Shown in pieces: positions 18,315-27,682 of a stretch of 40,487 nt of DNA. A model generated the notes under the pieces. The model saw only the letters and a program-made list of their open reading frames with translations, had not been told where the DNA came from and made no database searches. The position numbers were made by a program, and so were the translations under genes. Each line of letters begins with the position of its first letter. Within the stretch, counting starts at the first letter, position 1. The stretch is from a virus (Duplodnaviria; Caudoviricetes): the IMG/VR virus record IMGVR_UViG_3300043411_000841, positions 1 through 40,487 of that record; one strand, written 5' to 3'.

Positions 18315-19243
18315 ATGACATAATTATAGAACATATTTATACCCCTGAAATACACGCCGCAATAGAGTTGGTGAAAACTTTAACACAAAATGATGTTAGA
18401 ATAACTGTTTGCTTACATACAATAATAAGCAAACAGTTATTATCAAAACTGATCACATATTATTCTAATAATTACATAGCATTGAGATTGCAACACCATA
18501 TTAAAAAACGGATACATGCTGCAACAATAATTAAGTTCAGAAAAGACTACGGATTACCCGCATCATCTTTTAGTGATTCAGCGAAGCTGAATACGGTCAA
18601 AGACCGGAAAAAACATACCCTTCTACAAATATATGGCGTAGATCATCCGTCTAAATCAGAAAAAATTAAAAGACAGAAGGTTGAAAAATCTATAGCTAAA
18701 TACGGGACCGTGAATGTCTTTCAAGCAGAAGAAATAAAAAAGAAATCCAAACAATCAATGTTTGAACGTTATGGGGTATACCATACCATTGATCTACCAC
18801 ATTTTACACAAAACAATGGCAGAAGAAGTAAACTTCAACAGAAAGTAGAAAAAATTTTAGGAGATTATAACATACCATTTGAAACCGAAATAGGGAAGAT
18901 ATTTAGAAAGTTTGATATAGAACGAAACGAATTTTATTCACCTATAGTAGACATTTTAGTGGAAAATCTCAAACTAGTGATTGAAGTAAATGGTGATCTA
19001 TGGCACGCAAATCCTTTAATATATAAAGAAACAGATATTATCCAAAGATTTAGAGGTGAAATGGACGCTAAAACGATTTGGCATTTGGATAAAAAAAGAT
19101 CTTTACAAATAGAATCTTTTGGATATACTGTATTAGTAGTATGGGAAAGCGATATTAAAAAACCAACCTTTGTGAAGGAATTTATAGAAAACATAAAACT
19201 ACATGAAAATAAAATACATAAAGAAAATACCCCCACAAATTAA
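18302..19243 (+). CDS. free-standing Vsr/DUF559-like homing endonuclease
   Basis: YG-type repeats (YGVDHPSKSEKIK, KYGTVNVFQ, RYGV); VDILVENLKLVIEVNGDLWH and GYTVLVVWE. Confidence 0.85.
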   Translation: MVSIDDIIIEHIYTPEIHAAIELVKTLTQNDVRITVCLHTIISKQLLSKLITYYSNNYIALRLQHHIKKRIHAATIIKFRKDYGLPASSFSDSAKLNTVKDRKKHTLLQIYGVDHPSKSEKIKRQKVEKSIAKYGTVNVFQAEEIKKKSKQSMFERYGVYHTIDLPHFTQNNGRRSKLQQKVEKILGDYNIPFETEIGKIFRKFDIERNEFYSPIVDILVENLKLVIEVNGDLWHANPLIYKETDIIQRFRGEMDAKTIWHLDKKRSLQIESFGYTVLVVWESDIKKPTFVKEFIENIKLHENKIHKENTPTN

Positions 19244-19304
19244 ATATGACATCGAAGTCGAAACAACTAGTAACTTCTTTGCTAATAGAATACTGATTCA
19301 CAAT
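19203..19304 (+). mobile_element. split intein C-fragment (34 aa)
   Basis: Block F YDIEV, block G His-Asn followed by Ser+1. Confidence 0.9.
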
Positions 19305-20054
19305 AGTCGATGTATAGCAACAAAAGATGGATTGTTTACCCGAACAGGCGAACGCTATATAACCGTTCCACATTTGGAAAAGGATATGGAACCTTGGTTT
19401 GAAAAATATCCCGATTCTGTGTTAGACGGCGAACTATATTCACATGAACATAGACAACAATTAAATGAATTAATAAAGTTGGTTAGAAAGACTGTGCATA
19501 TTACTAATCAAGATTTAATTGATAGTGAAAACATAGTCCGTTATTATGTATATGATGGGGTGTTCCAGGACGGCCAATCATATACAGAACGAAAGGCTTT
19601 TATAGATAATAATCTGATGAACATAACACAGTATTGTGCATCTGTTGCCGATGTCCCACTTTCAAATGAATCAAATTTGCATAATTTCTATAATTCGGTC
19701 CTTGAACTAGGAGAAGAGGGTATAATGATACGAAATAAAAACTCTTTGTATGAAAATAAAAGAAGCAAGAACTTGCTCAAACTTAAACCTGAAGATGATG
19801 ATACTTGTATTATCTTGGCTGTGAAAGAAGGTGAAGGAAATTGGAGTAATAAGTGCAAGACATTCACCGTTGAATGGGAAGGCCGAGTTTTTGATGCAAG
19901 TCTGAAAGGATCAATGGAAGATGCAATAGATATTTGGAATAACCAAGATCAATGGATTGGAACACGACGAACCTTTTTATATATGGGGCTGACCGGACTT
20001 GGGACGCCTTCGTATGCACGAATTGATTATAATAACTGTATTCCATCTATATAA
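19203..20054 (+). CDS. split intein C-half fused to DNA ligase C-extein
   Basis: MKIKYIKK..YDIEV..IHN then SRC; ligase motifs LDGELY, YYVYD, EEGIMIR, YENKRSKNLLKLK. Confidence 0.92.
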   Translation: MKIKYIKKIPPQIKYDIEVETTSNFFANRILIHNSRCIATKDGLFTRTGERYITVPHLEKDMEPWFEKYPDSVLDGELYSHEHRQQLNELIKLVRKTVHITNQDLIDSENIVRYYVYDGVFQDGQSYTERKAFIDNNLMNITQYCASVADVPLSNESNLHNFYNSVLELGEEGIMIRNKNSLYENKRSKNLLKLKPEDDDTCIILAVKEGEGNWSNKCKTFTVEWEGRVFDASLKGSMEDAIDIWNNQDQWIGTRRTFLYMGLTGLGTPSYARIDYNNCIPSI

Positions 20055-20057
20055 TTT

Positions 20058-20312
20058 ATGAACCTGAACTACGAAGCAACATATAAAATTAGACCGTTGA
20101 AATGGGAATTGTCCTCTGCGGACTGGCAGACGACATCCACTATATTTGGATTACTCAAAGTGGTGAACTTTAATGGTGGGTGGGGGTGGACGTATTGTTT
20201 TGATGAATTTTATGATGGTGAATTTACTTGGTACGAGTCCGAAAAAGAATGTAAACTAAAAGCCGAAGAATTTTATTTGTCTAGATTGAAAGAATTACTA
20301 ATTGAATTATGA
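20058..20312 (+). CDS. hypothetical protein
   Basis: Part of a tightly packed operon. Confidence 0.65.
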   Translation: MNLNYEATYKIRPLKWELSSADWQTTSTIFGLLKVVNFNGGWGWTYCFDEFYDGEFTWYESEKECKLKAEEFYLSRLKELLIEL

Positions 20313-20707
20313 AAACCCAACAATTTAAAGAGATACTAAAATATCGTTTAATCAAAACCAAACGACGTATAACATTTGAAATTATTTTCCAAGATATGGA
20401 TTTATTTTGTGGTAGAACTGATGATGATTATGATGTCTTCAAAGCGTGTAATGGAATAGAAATTATTTCTAGGAGCCGCATGGATGTTCAGACGGATAGA
20501 CTATGGTTATTAGGATGTGGTCCAGATGAACGTTCGGGAAGTATGGTATTCTCTTCAGATGAAAAGCGGGATAGAATGTTTATTTTGTTCCAGGATGCTC
20601 TCGTAGAGTGGGGTCAATATATAGCCACTTCAGGTGATCAAGTGATGTATAATACTTCCGAGTTGCATATTCTGGACAAAGACACCTTTCAAATAGTTTT
20701 ATCATAG
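20309..20707 (+). CDS. hypothetical protein
   Basis: ATGA overlap. Confidence 0.65.
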   Translation: MKTQQFKEILKYRLIKTKRRITFEIIFQDMDLFCGRTDDDYDVFKACNGIEIISRSRMDVQTDRLWLLGCGPDERSGSMVFSSDEKRDRMFILFQDALVEWGQYIATSGDQVMYNTSELHILDKDTFQIVLS

Positions 20708-20708
20708 T

Positions 20709-20912
20709 ATGACATTAAAAGAAAGGGTTGATAAATTAAAAGAATTGGCAACCCGAACACATTATACATGTGAAGACCCGTGGTATAGCTGTCCACTTTC
20801 ACATGATGGATGTGCAGATGATAGATATGATAAAAACGTCTGTAATTGTGGTGCCGATATTTTTAATCGTATGGTAGAAGAATTATATCAGGAGATTTTG
20901 AAAGATTTATGA
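20709..20912 (+). CDS. small Cys/His-rich protein
   Basis: HYTCEDPWYSCP..GC..CNCGAD. Confidence 0.65.
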   Translation: MTLKERVDKLKELATRTHYTCEDPWYSCPLSHDGCADDRYDKNVCNCGADIFNRMVEELYQEILKDL

Positions 20913-21244
20913 ATGCCAAATTTAAATTGGAACCCAGAGAAAATTTGGCACTGCAAAAAATATTGGACACCCATCCAACTGATTATAAATTTGAAGTTGA
21001 TGTAATATATGGAAAGCCCACATTTTTAGGCGGACCACCAGCAGTATATGCTATTCCAGGAAAAATTAAGGGCTTTGAAAAGTCATTTGATTTGTCCAAG
21101 GAGGAATTTTCTTGGATTAGACTGGGGGATTATATGAAAAGTTTTTCGTTTAATGGTGTGAAATATAATATGTGTGTCGGAATACGGGAAATGAGTTGGA
21201 ACGATGCGAAAGAAGAATATAGTATAGATCTAGTTTTTAGTTGA
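20909..21244 (+). CDS. hypothetical protein
   Basis: ATGA overlap. Confidence 0.6.
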   Translation: MNAKFKLEPRENLALQKILDTHPTDYKFEVDVIYGKPTFLGGPPAVYAIPGKIKGFEKSFDLSKEEFSWIRLGDYMKSFSFNGVKYNMCVGIREMSWNDAKEEYSIDLVFS

Positions 21245-21269
21245 CAAAACAAAAAATCTGATGTAGGTT
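21241..21269 (+). promoter_or_regulatory. sigma70-type promoter
   Basis: TTGACA-N17-TAGGTT. Confidence 0.5.
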
Positions 21270-21298
21270 AAGATCAAATCAAAAATAAAATATAAATT

Positions 21299-22027
21299 AT
21301 GTGCATGTTTACTCAACCTGTTTTAGATGTATCAAATACCAAAATCTTTGCTCGTCTAGATGAAGGATATCAATACTTAGCATATCAAATGGACTTTAGT
21401 TCTGAAGATGATGTTGCTATGATTTTACCGCTCCCAACTCCTGCAAATTCAGGAGAAGATGTAATTCAGTTCATTGATTTTAAGAAACATGATCGTTTCT
21501 TTGAAGACCTACATCAGTTGTTTGTTGAACAAACAAGATCAATGTATCTTAGTCTTACTAAGAGTTTGTCACCTGATTTGAAAGTTCATGATGTCGGAAA
21601 TTTTAAGGCTACTTTTGTTCCAACTCTTACTGATTTTGATCGGGTTGATAAACAATTTAAATTTGATGACACAGTGTGGGACAAATTACCACAATATAAA
21701 GATTGGAGTTTCGTCGTATTCAAGTTAAAACCTGGAACAGTCAAAGTCCATCCAATGGTATTTAAATTTCCGTCCAGATTTACCGACAGAGTGTATTTTC
21801 CTACTATGCACATCCATGATGGCGAAATTCATGATGAAGAAATGTTTAATCATAAATTATATTATCAACCCGAATGGATTAAATCTGGTGATCCCCGAAT
21901 AAATGGATGGAAGACCGCAACTACTGGATACCAAAATTATTCTGGTGTCTTGAAAGAAAGATTTCCAATTTTACAAAAGGAAATTAATGGAATGCTAGAA
22001 AACAATGATCATTGGATTATGATTTAA
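21299..22027 (+). CDS. conserved hypothetical protein (DUF2330-like)
   Basis: MCMF..TKIFA..AMILPLP..FVVFKL..HPMVF..FPTMHIHDG. Confidence 0.55.
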   Translation: MCMFTQPVLDVSNTKIFARLDEGYQYLAYQMDFSSEDDVAMILPLPTPANSGEDVIQFIDFKKHDRFFEDLHQLFVEQTRSMYLSLTKSLSPDLKVHDVGNFKATFVPTLTDFDRVDKQFKFDDTVWDKLPQYKDWSFVVFKLKPGTVKVHPMVFKFPSRFTDRVYFPTMHIHDGEIHDEEMFNHKLYYQPEWIKSGDPRINGWKTATTGYQNYSGVLKERFPILQKEINGMLENNDHWIMI

Positions 22028-22299
22028 ATGGATATACCACATACATTTCCAGAATTAATAGAATATTTCGCACATACTATGATGAACTAAACGGAGAATA
22101 TTATTCCCATAGTTTTATTTCCAAATCAGATTTATCAAAATGTTTGATGAGCGATTCACGGAAGAAGCAGATTGATGCAAATATATGTCAGTGTGGTGGT
22201 ATGTTGAATGATAAAAATCATTTGGATATGGGTGAAATAGATTTGAAGTATTGTGGAATATGTGGTTGTATTTATGTGATGAAAATAATTGAGAAATAA
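22012..22299 (+). CDS. Zn-ribbon hypothetical protein
   Basis: CQCGG...CGICG. Confidence 0.5.
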   Translation: MDYDLNGYTTYISRINRIFRTYYDELNGEYYSHSFISKSDLSKCLMSDSRKKQIDANICQCGGMLNDKNHLDMGEIDLKYCGICGCIYVMKIIEK

Positions 22300-22300
22300 G

Positions 22301-22351
22301 TTGACAACCGAATTGGTTCGGGCTATTTTAGTATTAAATAGCATATAGCCC
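22301..22351 (+). promoter_or_regulatory. sigma70 promoter, TAAATA box and hairpin before endonuclease genes
   Basis: TTGACA-N17-TATTTT; TAAATA 22335-22340 lies between GGGCTAT and ATAGCCC arms that abut ATG 22352. Confidence 0.5.
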
Positions 22352-22765
22352 ATGAAAAAGAAAACGACAGCACTAATAGTAACAGAACTCCGATCAATCT
22401 TCCCAGACTATGATTATAATTTAGTCGAATACAATACCTTCAAAAGTCCGATTAAGGTTGGATGTCCAAAACACGGAGTATTTGAAACAACGCCTCGAAA
22501 TATGATTGAGCGGAAAAAAGGATGTCCATTGTGTGGTGGATACACTGTGACCACTGAAACCTTTATTGTAAAGGCTAGATCCATTCATGGCGATAGATAT
22601 GACTATTCTAAAGTTGATTATCAAGGCAGTAGCATTAAGGTAGAAATTGGTTGTAAGATCCATAATACATTTTTTCAAATGACACCACATAATCACACAA
22701 TTAATAAACAAGGATGTGTATTATGTCGGAATGATAGTTTCCGTAAAAGGGAGGGTGAACAATAA
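22352..22765 (+). CDS. Zn-binding repeat protein (homing-endonuclease DNA-binding repeats, no nuclease domain)
   Basis: Two YDY..V.Y..CxxH..GCxxC repeats. Confidence 0.7.
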   Translation: MKKKTTALIVTELRSIFPDYDYNLVEYNTFKSPIKVGCPKHGVFETTPRNMIERKKGCPLCGGYTVTTETFIVKARSIHGDRYDYSKVDYQGSSIKVEIGCKIHNTFFQMTPHNHTINKQGCVLCRNDSFRKREGEQ

Positions 22766-22766
22766 T

Positions 22767-24638
22767 ATGGGACGCGGAAAAAAATTATCATGTGAAGGTT
22801 TTCGTGCTAATGCACAGGAAAGATTCAAAGATCAAGAACATCTATCATTTGAAATTACAAATTATGTAAATGCTGCAACTAAAATTGATTTCACTTGTTT
22901 ATACCACGGTGTCATCAGTGTTGCACCGGGTGAATTGATGCGTAGTGCAGGTTGTCCAAAATGTTCAAATGAAAATAAAAAACAACCCTGGTCATATTGG
23001 ACTAAAATATATGATGAAGTTCATGGAAATAAATTCAAATATTATCCAGAAAAATATGTAAATTCTAAAACAGTTATGCCAATTGATTGTCCTGTGCATG
23101 GGCAGTTCATGCAAACTCCCGCAAATCATAAAATTCACGGATGTCAAGAATGTGGACATGAAAAACGTGGATATGATAAAAGACTTACTTTTGACGATTT
23201 TAAACAACAATGTGAATCAATTAATCCTGGTAAGTTTGAATTTATTGATGATAATTATCAAGGATATAATTATCGTATTGGGATGAAATGTAAAAGATGT
23301 GATCAGCCGTTTTTAGCATTGGTTAAAAATTTATTGGATTCTACTGGATATGGATGTCCGCATTGTAAGAATACTGTTATTGGTGAAAAGAATTCTTTAA
23401 CATCTGAAGAATTTTATGCCAGTATTGGAACAAGACATAATAATTTCTATAGTTATCCAAAGAAAGATTTTAATGGTCTGTATAAACCATTTACCTTTGA
23501 ATGCCCATTGCACGGTGAAAAAACTACAAAGGCGATTAATCATTATATTGGACAGAAATGTAATGAATGTGGCCTTAAAGCTATCGGTGATGCATCTAGA
23601 TATACATTGGCAGATTTTCTTAGAATCAGTAGTGAAAAGCATGAACCTGGAAGATATAATTATGATAGATCTGTTTATGGAACTTCTATAACAAAAATTG
23701 AAATTGGTTGTAATAAATGTGGAACATATTTCCATCAAATTGCAGATGTTCATATGAAAGGTCACGGTTGTCCACATTGCTTCACACCAGATTCTAAATG
23801 GGAAATAGAAATCAAAGATTTTATTACCAGTCTCGGCATACCATCAGAGAAAAATAATTCCATATTAAAAGGTAAGGAAATTGATATTTTTATACCAACA
23901 AAAAAATTAGGAATTGAATGTAATGGGATTTATTTCCATTCAACCAATGGCGGAAACAAAGATCCAAATTATCATTTCAATAAGACCGAGATGTGCATAG
24001 CATCTGGTATCCAGCTATTGCATATATGGGAAGATGAATGGAGAGATCGAAAAGAAATTTTAAAGTCTTTAATATCATCTAAATTGGGAATTATATCAAA
24101 TACTGTATATGCACGTAAATGTTATATAAAAGAAGTGAGTGTGGAAGATGCTAATAAGTTCATTGAGGCCAACCACATTCAAGGATTTGTGGGAAGTTCA
24201 GTGAAACTGGGGATGTATTACCTAGATGAACTAGTTTCGTGTATGACGTTTCGAACACACGAAGATCATCAATGGGAATTGAATAGATTCTGCACCAAAA
24301 TCAATACCAGAGTTATTGGTGGAGCTAGTAAACTGTTAAAATATTTTATAGATACCTACAATCCTGAACAAATCGTTTCATTTGCAAATAGACGTTATAG
24401 TGATGGAAAATTATATGATACTTTGGGATTCGCTTTTATTCATGTAACTGCTAAGTCTTACTATTACACCGATTATAAACATACATATCCAAAGAATGGA
24501 TTTAGGTTGGAGAAGTTAAAACGGAAATATCCAGATTTTGATCCAAATAAAACTGAGAACGAAAATGCAATAGCATTAGGATTTGATAGATTATATGATA
24601 GTGGATTAAAAAAATATCTTTGGTCAAAGCATTCGTAA
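22767..24638 (+). CDS. Hef-like homing endonuclease
   Basis: Five C..HG/C..GCxxC repeats; EIDIFIP..GIECNGIYFH..LLHIWEDEW nuclease; C-terminal YARKC..NHIQG..ELNRFC..GGASKLL domain. Likely start is ATG 22767. Confidence 0.8.
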   Translation: MGRGKKLSCEGFRANAQERFKDQEHLSFEITNYVNAATKIDFTCLYHGVISVAPGELMRSAGCPKCSNENKKQPWSYWTKIYDEVHGNKFKYYPEKYVNSKTVMPIDCPVHGQFMQTPANHKIHGCQECGHEKRGYDKRLTFDDFKQQCESINPGKFEFIDDNYQGYNYRIGMKCKRCDQPFLALVKNLLDSTGYGCPHCKNTVIGEKNSLTSEEFYASIGTRHNNFYSYPKKDFNGLYKPFTFECPLHGEKTTKAINHYIGQKCNECGLKAIGDASRYTLADFLRISSEKHEPGRYNYDRSVYGTSITKIEIGCNKCGTYFHQIADVHMKGHGCPHCFTPDSKWEIEIKDFITSLGIPSEKNNSILKGKEIDIFIPTKKLGIECNGIYFHSTNGGNKDPNYHFNKTEMCIASGIQLLHIWEDEWRDRKEILKSLISSKLGIISNTVYARKCYIKEVSVEDANKFIEANHIQGFVGSSVKLGMYYLDELVSCMTFRTHEDHQWELNRFCTKINTRVIGGASKLLKYFIDTYNPEQIVSFANRRYSDGKLYDTLGFAFIHVTAKSYYYTDYKHTYPKNGFRLEKLKRKYPDFDPNKTENENAIALGFDRLYDSGLKKYLWSKHS

Positions 24639-24643
24639 CTTAC

Positions 24644-24683
24644 AAAAAGAAACCCCGTAAGGAATCAACCTTACGGGGTTTTT
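24644..24683. terminator. bidirectional terminator
   Basis: AAACCCCGTAAGG-aatcaa-CCTTACGGGGTTT flanked by A and T runs, between convergent genes. Confidence 0.85.
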
Positions 24684-24704
24684 GATTTTATATACTAATA
24701 GCTA

Positions 24705-26249
24705 TTAGCTGAAATAGCGAACGGCTGTAGCAGCAGGTGCATAACTTGTGCAATCGGTCAGAGCGCGATTAAGTTCCTTGACTAGGATCAAGTGATAGTA
24801 GTTTTCACTACCAAATAGATTATCCATAACCGCATAACGGGTGAGCAAACCAACGCGAGGCTCAAACGAATTTGGGGTGATTGTGCGCTGCACGAGAACA
24901 GGAATATAAGGGCAATAAACCAATCCAGTATCCCAGTATTCACTACCCTTATAACCAAGTAGCGCATATTCTACAGGTTCTGCACGCATACCGGCCAAAT
25001 ACTGTGCTTCAGTTCTGGTATCACGATAGATATTAAACTGACCAGCAAGGCTACCGACACGAGCAACACCATTAGGATGTGCCATCACATCAGAACTTAC
25101 ACTAAATGGGTTGAACTCTTTAAGGAGTTGAAGAATAGTGCAAACTTTAGGTGTTGCGATAATGAAGTTAGCAGGACCTCTACGGTTTTTGATTGCCATA
25201 CGGTTTGCTTCGGTAACGATCTTAGCATAGAAATCTACGCCACGTTCACCCAACCAACGAGCATCAGCAAGTGATGGACGCCAGATAGAATAACCGTTAT
25301 TGATACCCGCATTAAGTGCAATCTGAATCATACGCATTACCATTTCACGGTCGATTTCGGACTGAATTTCATATGACATGACGTTAGTCATTTCGGCATC
25401 AATATCAATACCGTTCATATTCATCAAATCCTGTTCGACTTCCATTGACCAACCGCTTGCAAGTCTACGAGTTCCAGCTTCAACAGCTTTCTTCTCGATC
25501 TTGAGAGACATAGTTGGGATGTTTGAAGAGGCTTCGAAGTGACTTAGAAGCTGTGCAACACCAGTGTCATAACCAGGAACGAAGTCAAAGCAAGAACCGC
25601 TAGTAGAATTACTAGTAGTTGATCCCAAACCACTTAGACCAGCAGCAGTAATACCAGTATGAGCAGTATTAAGTTTCTGATAACCAGCTTCAGTATTAAC
25701 TAGATGTCCGGTAGGGAAGGTCTTAGAACGATCACAGTCGGAATCAGTATAAGGACTACATGCAAGAGGATCAGTATCATAGAAGTAACGCATTGCAAAT
25801 GCCAGACCAACAGGACCGCTCATAGGTTGAACACCTACGATTTCATGAGTGATAAGCTCAGGGAAAGTTCTGCGAATCATTGGAATCAATGTCTTAGGAA
25901 GACGTGCATCACCAGGAGCATACCAATCTGAGGACTTGAGTGCATTACCATACTGACCATTAGTAGTAGGAGCAGAACCAGGAGTTCCACCGCCCCAAGG
26001 AGCAGATGCAAGAGTTCCGCCACCAAGAATAGGGGATTCTTGTAACAGACCTTTATCTTTAAACCATTTTTCCTGTTGTTCAAGCACCATTGCGGTTGCA
26101 AGGCGTTTGTGATGACCGGTAACAGGGGCCGTTTGTGCGTCTTCGAAATCGAGCATTGCGCTCCATTTATTCATTAGACCTTGAGCACGATCCTGAGTCA
26201 TAAGACTAGGAGCAGACTCGACGAAATTAGATGGGTGTAATTGTGCCAT
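24705..26249 (-). CDS. gp23: major capsid protein
   Basis: LIPMIRRTFPELIT, VGVQPMSGPVGLAFAMR, EIQSEIDRE, NRRGPANF, YCPYIP and SFEPRVGLLTRY. Confidence 0.98.
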   Translation of the reverse strand: MAQLHPSNFVESAPSLMTQDRAQGLMNKWSAMLDFEDAQTAPVTGHHKRLATAMVLEQQEKWFKDKGLLQESPILGGGTLASAPWGGGTPGSAPTTNGQYGNALKSSDWYAPGDARLPKTLIPMIRRTFPELITHEIVGVQPMSGPVGLAFAMRYFYDTDPLACSPYTDSDCDRSKTFPTGHLVNTEAGYQKLNTAHTGITAAGLSGLGSTTSNSTSGSCFDFVPGYDTGVAQLLSHFEASSNIPTMSLKIEKKAVEAGTRRLASGWSMEVEQDLMNMNGIDIDAEMTNVMSYEIQSEIDREMVMRMIQIALNAGINNGYSIWRPSLADARWLGERGVDFYAKIVTEANRMAIKNRRGPANFIIATPKVCTILQLLKEFNPFSVSSDVMAHPNGVARVGSLAGQFNIYRDTRTEAQYLAGMRAEPVEYALLGYKGSEYWDTGLVYCPYIPVLVQRTITPNSFEPRVGLLTRYAVMDNLFGSENYYHLILVKELNRALTDCTSYAPAATAVRYFS

Positions 26250-26274
26250 ATTTTTTGTATTTATTGTAATCGAA

Positions 26275-27177
26275 TTATTTTCTGAATTTCAAACCTTCTG
26301 AATACATTGCCATTACAGGGTCTGTATAAGATTCGGTTTGAATTTCATTTTGTTTTCTTGTCTCATCAGCAACAAGTTGCGCACGATCAACAATCACGTT
26401 TTTATGTTCACTTAGAAGTGTAGACTTTTCAGTTTTTTCCTTACGAGCATACATTTCTAGGACATACGAAATATTTCGCTCAATATAATCAGGTGATTTA
26501 CCTTCTAATTGAGCTTTTACAAATTTGGCCTGTTCGATTGGTAGATTTGCAGTTTTTTCAACAATCAGTGCCTTTGATTCTGCAAGTAGTTTCTGTCTTT
26601 CTAGTTCCAGATTTTTCTGTGCAAGGGCTTCATATTGAGTCTTCCCTTCTACAATTCCTTGTTTGAGGCTTTCAGAAATATATTTTTTATCAATACCCAG
26701 AACTTTACGAGCTTCGTCAAGTTGCTTCTGAACATAAGTATTTTTAGCCGCTTCTTCTACGATCTTTTGTGGGATTGCTTTTTCTAGATAATCGTCAAGA
26801 TAGGTATTAATAGATTCGACTAGTGTATCACGATGTTGAACCGCTTCTTTTTGAATTGCATTGTCATACAAATTTTTTACCATCAACAGTTTTTTACCAT
26901 AAGATTCTTCCAATGTGGTTTTTACCTGAAGCATTTTCTTACAGTGATCTTCATCTACTGATTTACGATAATCATTGAATGTGCTTTCCATTCTTTCCAG
27001 AATAGTCTTGGTTTGTTCTGCATGTGTTTCATCCATTTGCTGAAGTTCAAGATCTACACGTTCAGTAACTTTTTTATCCACTGCTTCAGCAATTACGCCT
27101 GAAATTGTGGTTTTAAGTTCGTCAGTGAAGATTTCTTTGTCCAGACTTTCAAAAATTGAATTTAATTCTTTATCCAT
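26275..27177 (-). CDS. gp22: prohead scaffolding/core protein
   Basis: Acidic coiled coil, LVESINTYLDDYLE, directly upstream of gp23. Confidence 0.85.
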   Translation of the reverse strand: MDKELNSIFESLDKEIFTDELKTTISGVIAEAVDKKVTERVDLELQQMDETHAEQTKTILERMESTFNDYRKSVDEDHCKKMLQVKTTLEESYGKKLLMVKNLYDNAIQKEAVQHRDTLVESINTYLDDYLEKAIPQKIVEEAAKNTYVQKQLDEARKVLGIDKKYISESLKQGIVEGKTQYEALAQKNLELERQKLLAESKALIVEKTANLPIEQAKFVKAQLEGKSPDYIERNISYVLEMYARKEKTEKSTLLSEHKNVIVDRAQLVADETRKQNEIQTESYTDPVMAMYSEGLKFRK

Positions 27178-27201
27178 GATAAGTTATTTATTATAAAGTA
27201 A

Positions 27202-27525
27202 TTATTTCTTAAAAACTGATATATTAACACCTTCTGCATTAGCTAGTGCTTCGGCAAGATCTCCCATAGCAGGCATGGTGTGATGAACACGTTCCCTTTC
27301 ACCTGTGATAACACCACCATGATCATCTACGTGTATGACCTTTACTATCCAGTTAGCCAAATCCGTCATTTGAAAATCCAACACCTTATCTTTACCAACA
27401 TATCCATCTACAATATTACCTGGTTGGAAATATATTTGTAGTGCTTTTTTGAGTTGTTTAGGTGTTAATTTGAAGGTTCCTGGTCTGGCATACCTATATT
27501 TTCCTTCAGAAACTATTTTTTTTTT
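27202..27525 (-). CDS. domain lacking its own good start, reachable by frameshift from the 27506-27682 gene
   Basis: KKIVSEGKYRYARPG..YFQPGNIVDGY..; the listed 27588 start lies inside another gene. Confidence 0.5.
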   Translation of the reverse strand, partial: KKKIVSEGKYRYARPGTFKLTPKQLKKALQIYFQPGNIVDGYVGKDKVLDFQMTDLANWIVKVIHVDDHGGVITGERERVHHTMPAMGDLAEALANAEGVNISVFKK

Positions 27526-27682
27526 CGTTGGTCGATTCTTTAATCGCATTATATGCCGCATCAAATCGTTCTTGATGTTTGAGATCAATCACCTTTTGTA
27601 GATCAGTATTTGCAGCAGCCCAGTCTTCGTTACTGAGATTGAATAAAAATTTTTGAATATATTGTTGAACTTCGCCAGCCAT
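27506..27682 (-). CDS. 58-aa probable prohead core protein (gp67/gp68 position; not in ORF track)
   Basis: MAGEVQQYIQKFLFNLSNEDWAAANTDLQKVIDLKHQERFDAAYNAIKESTNEKKNSF; TAAATA 8 nt upstream; upstream of the scaffold gene. Confidence 0.7.
   Translation of the reverse strand: MAGEVQQYIQKFLFNLSNEDWAAANTDLQKVIDLKHQERFDAAYNAIKESTNEKKNSF

Noticed and set aside
18270-19203. Group I intron, or one contiguous intein with sequencing errors, in the ligase gene
   Set aside because: IntN and IntC are in the same frame, but there is a double stop, only about 30 nt of non-coding space, an endonuclease in another frame with its own promoter that overlaps IntC, and IntC has its own Met. There is no room for a ribozyme core.
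27526-27588. Listed N-terminus (MISNIKNDLMRH...) of the 128-aa ORF
   Set aside because: It overlaps, out of frame, the better-supported 58-aa gene that has a late promoter.
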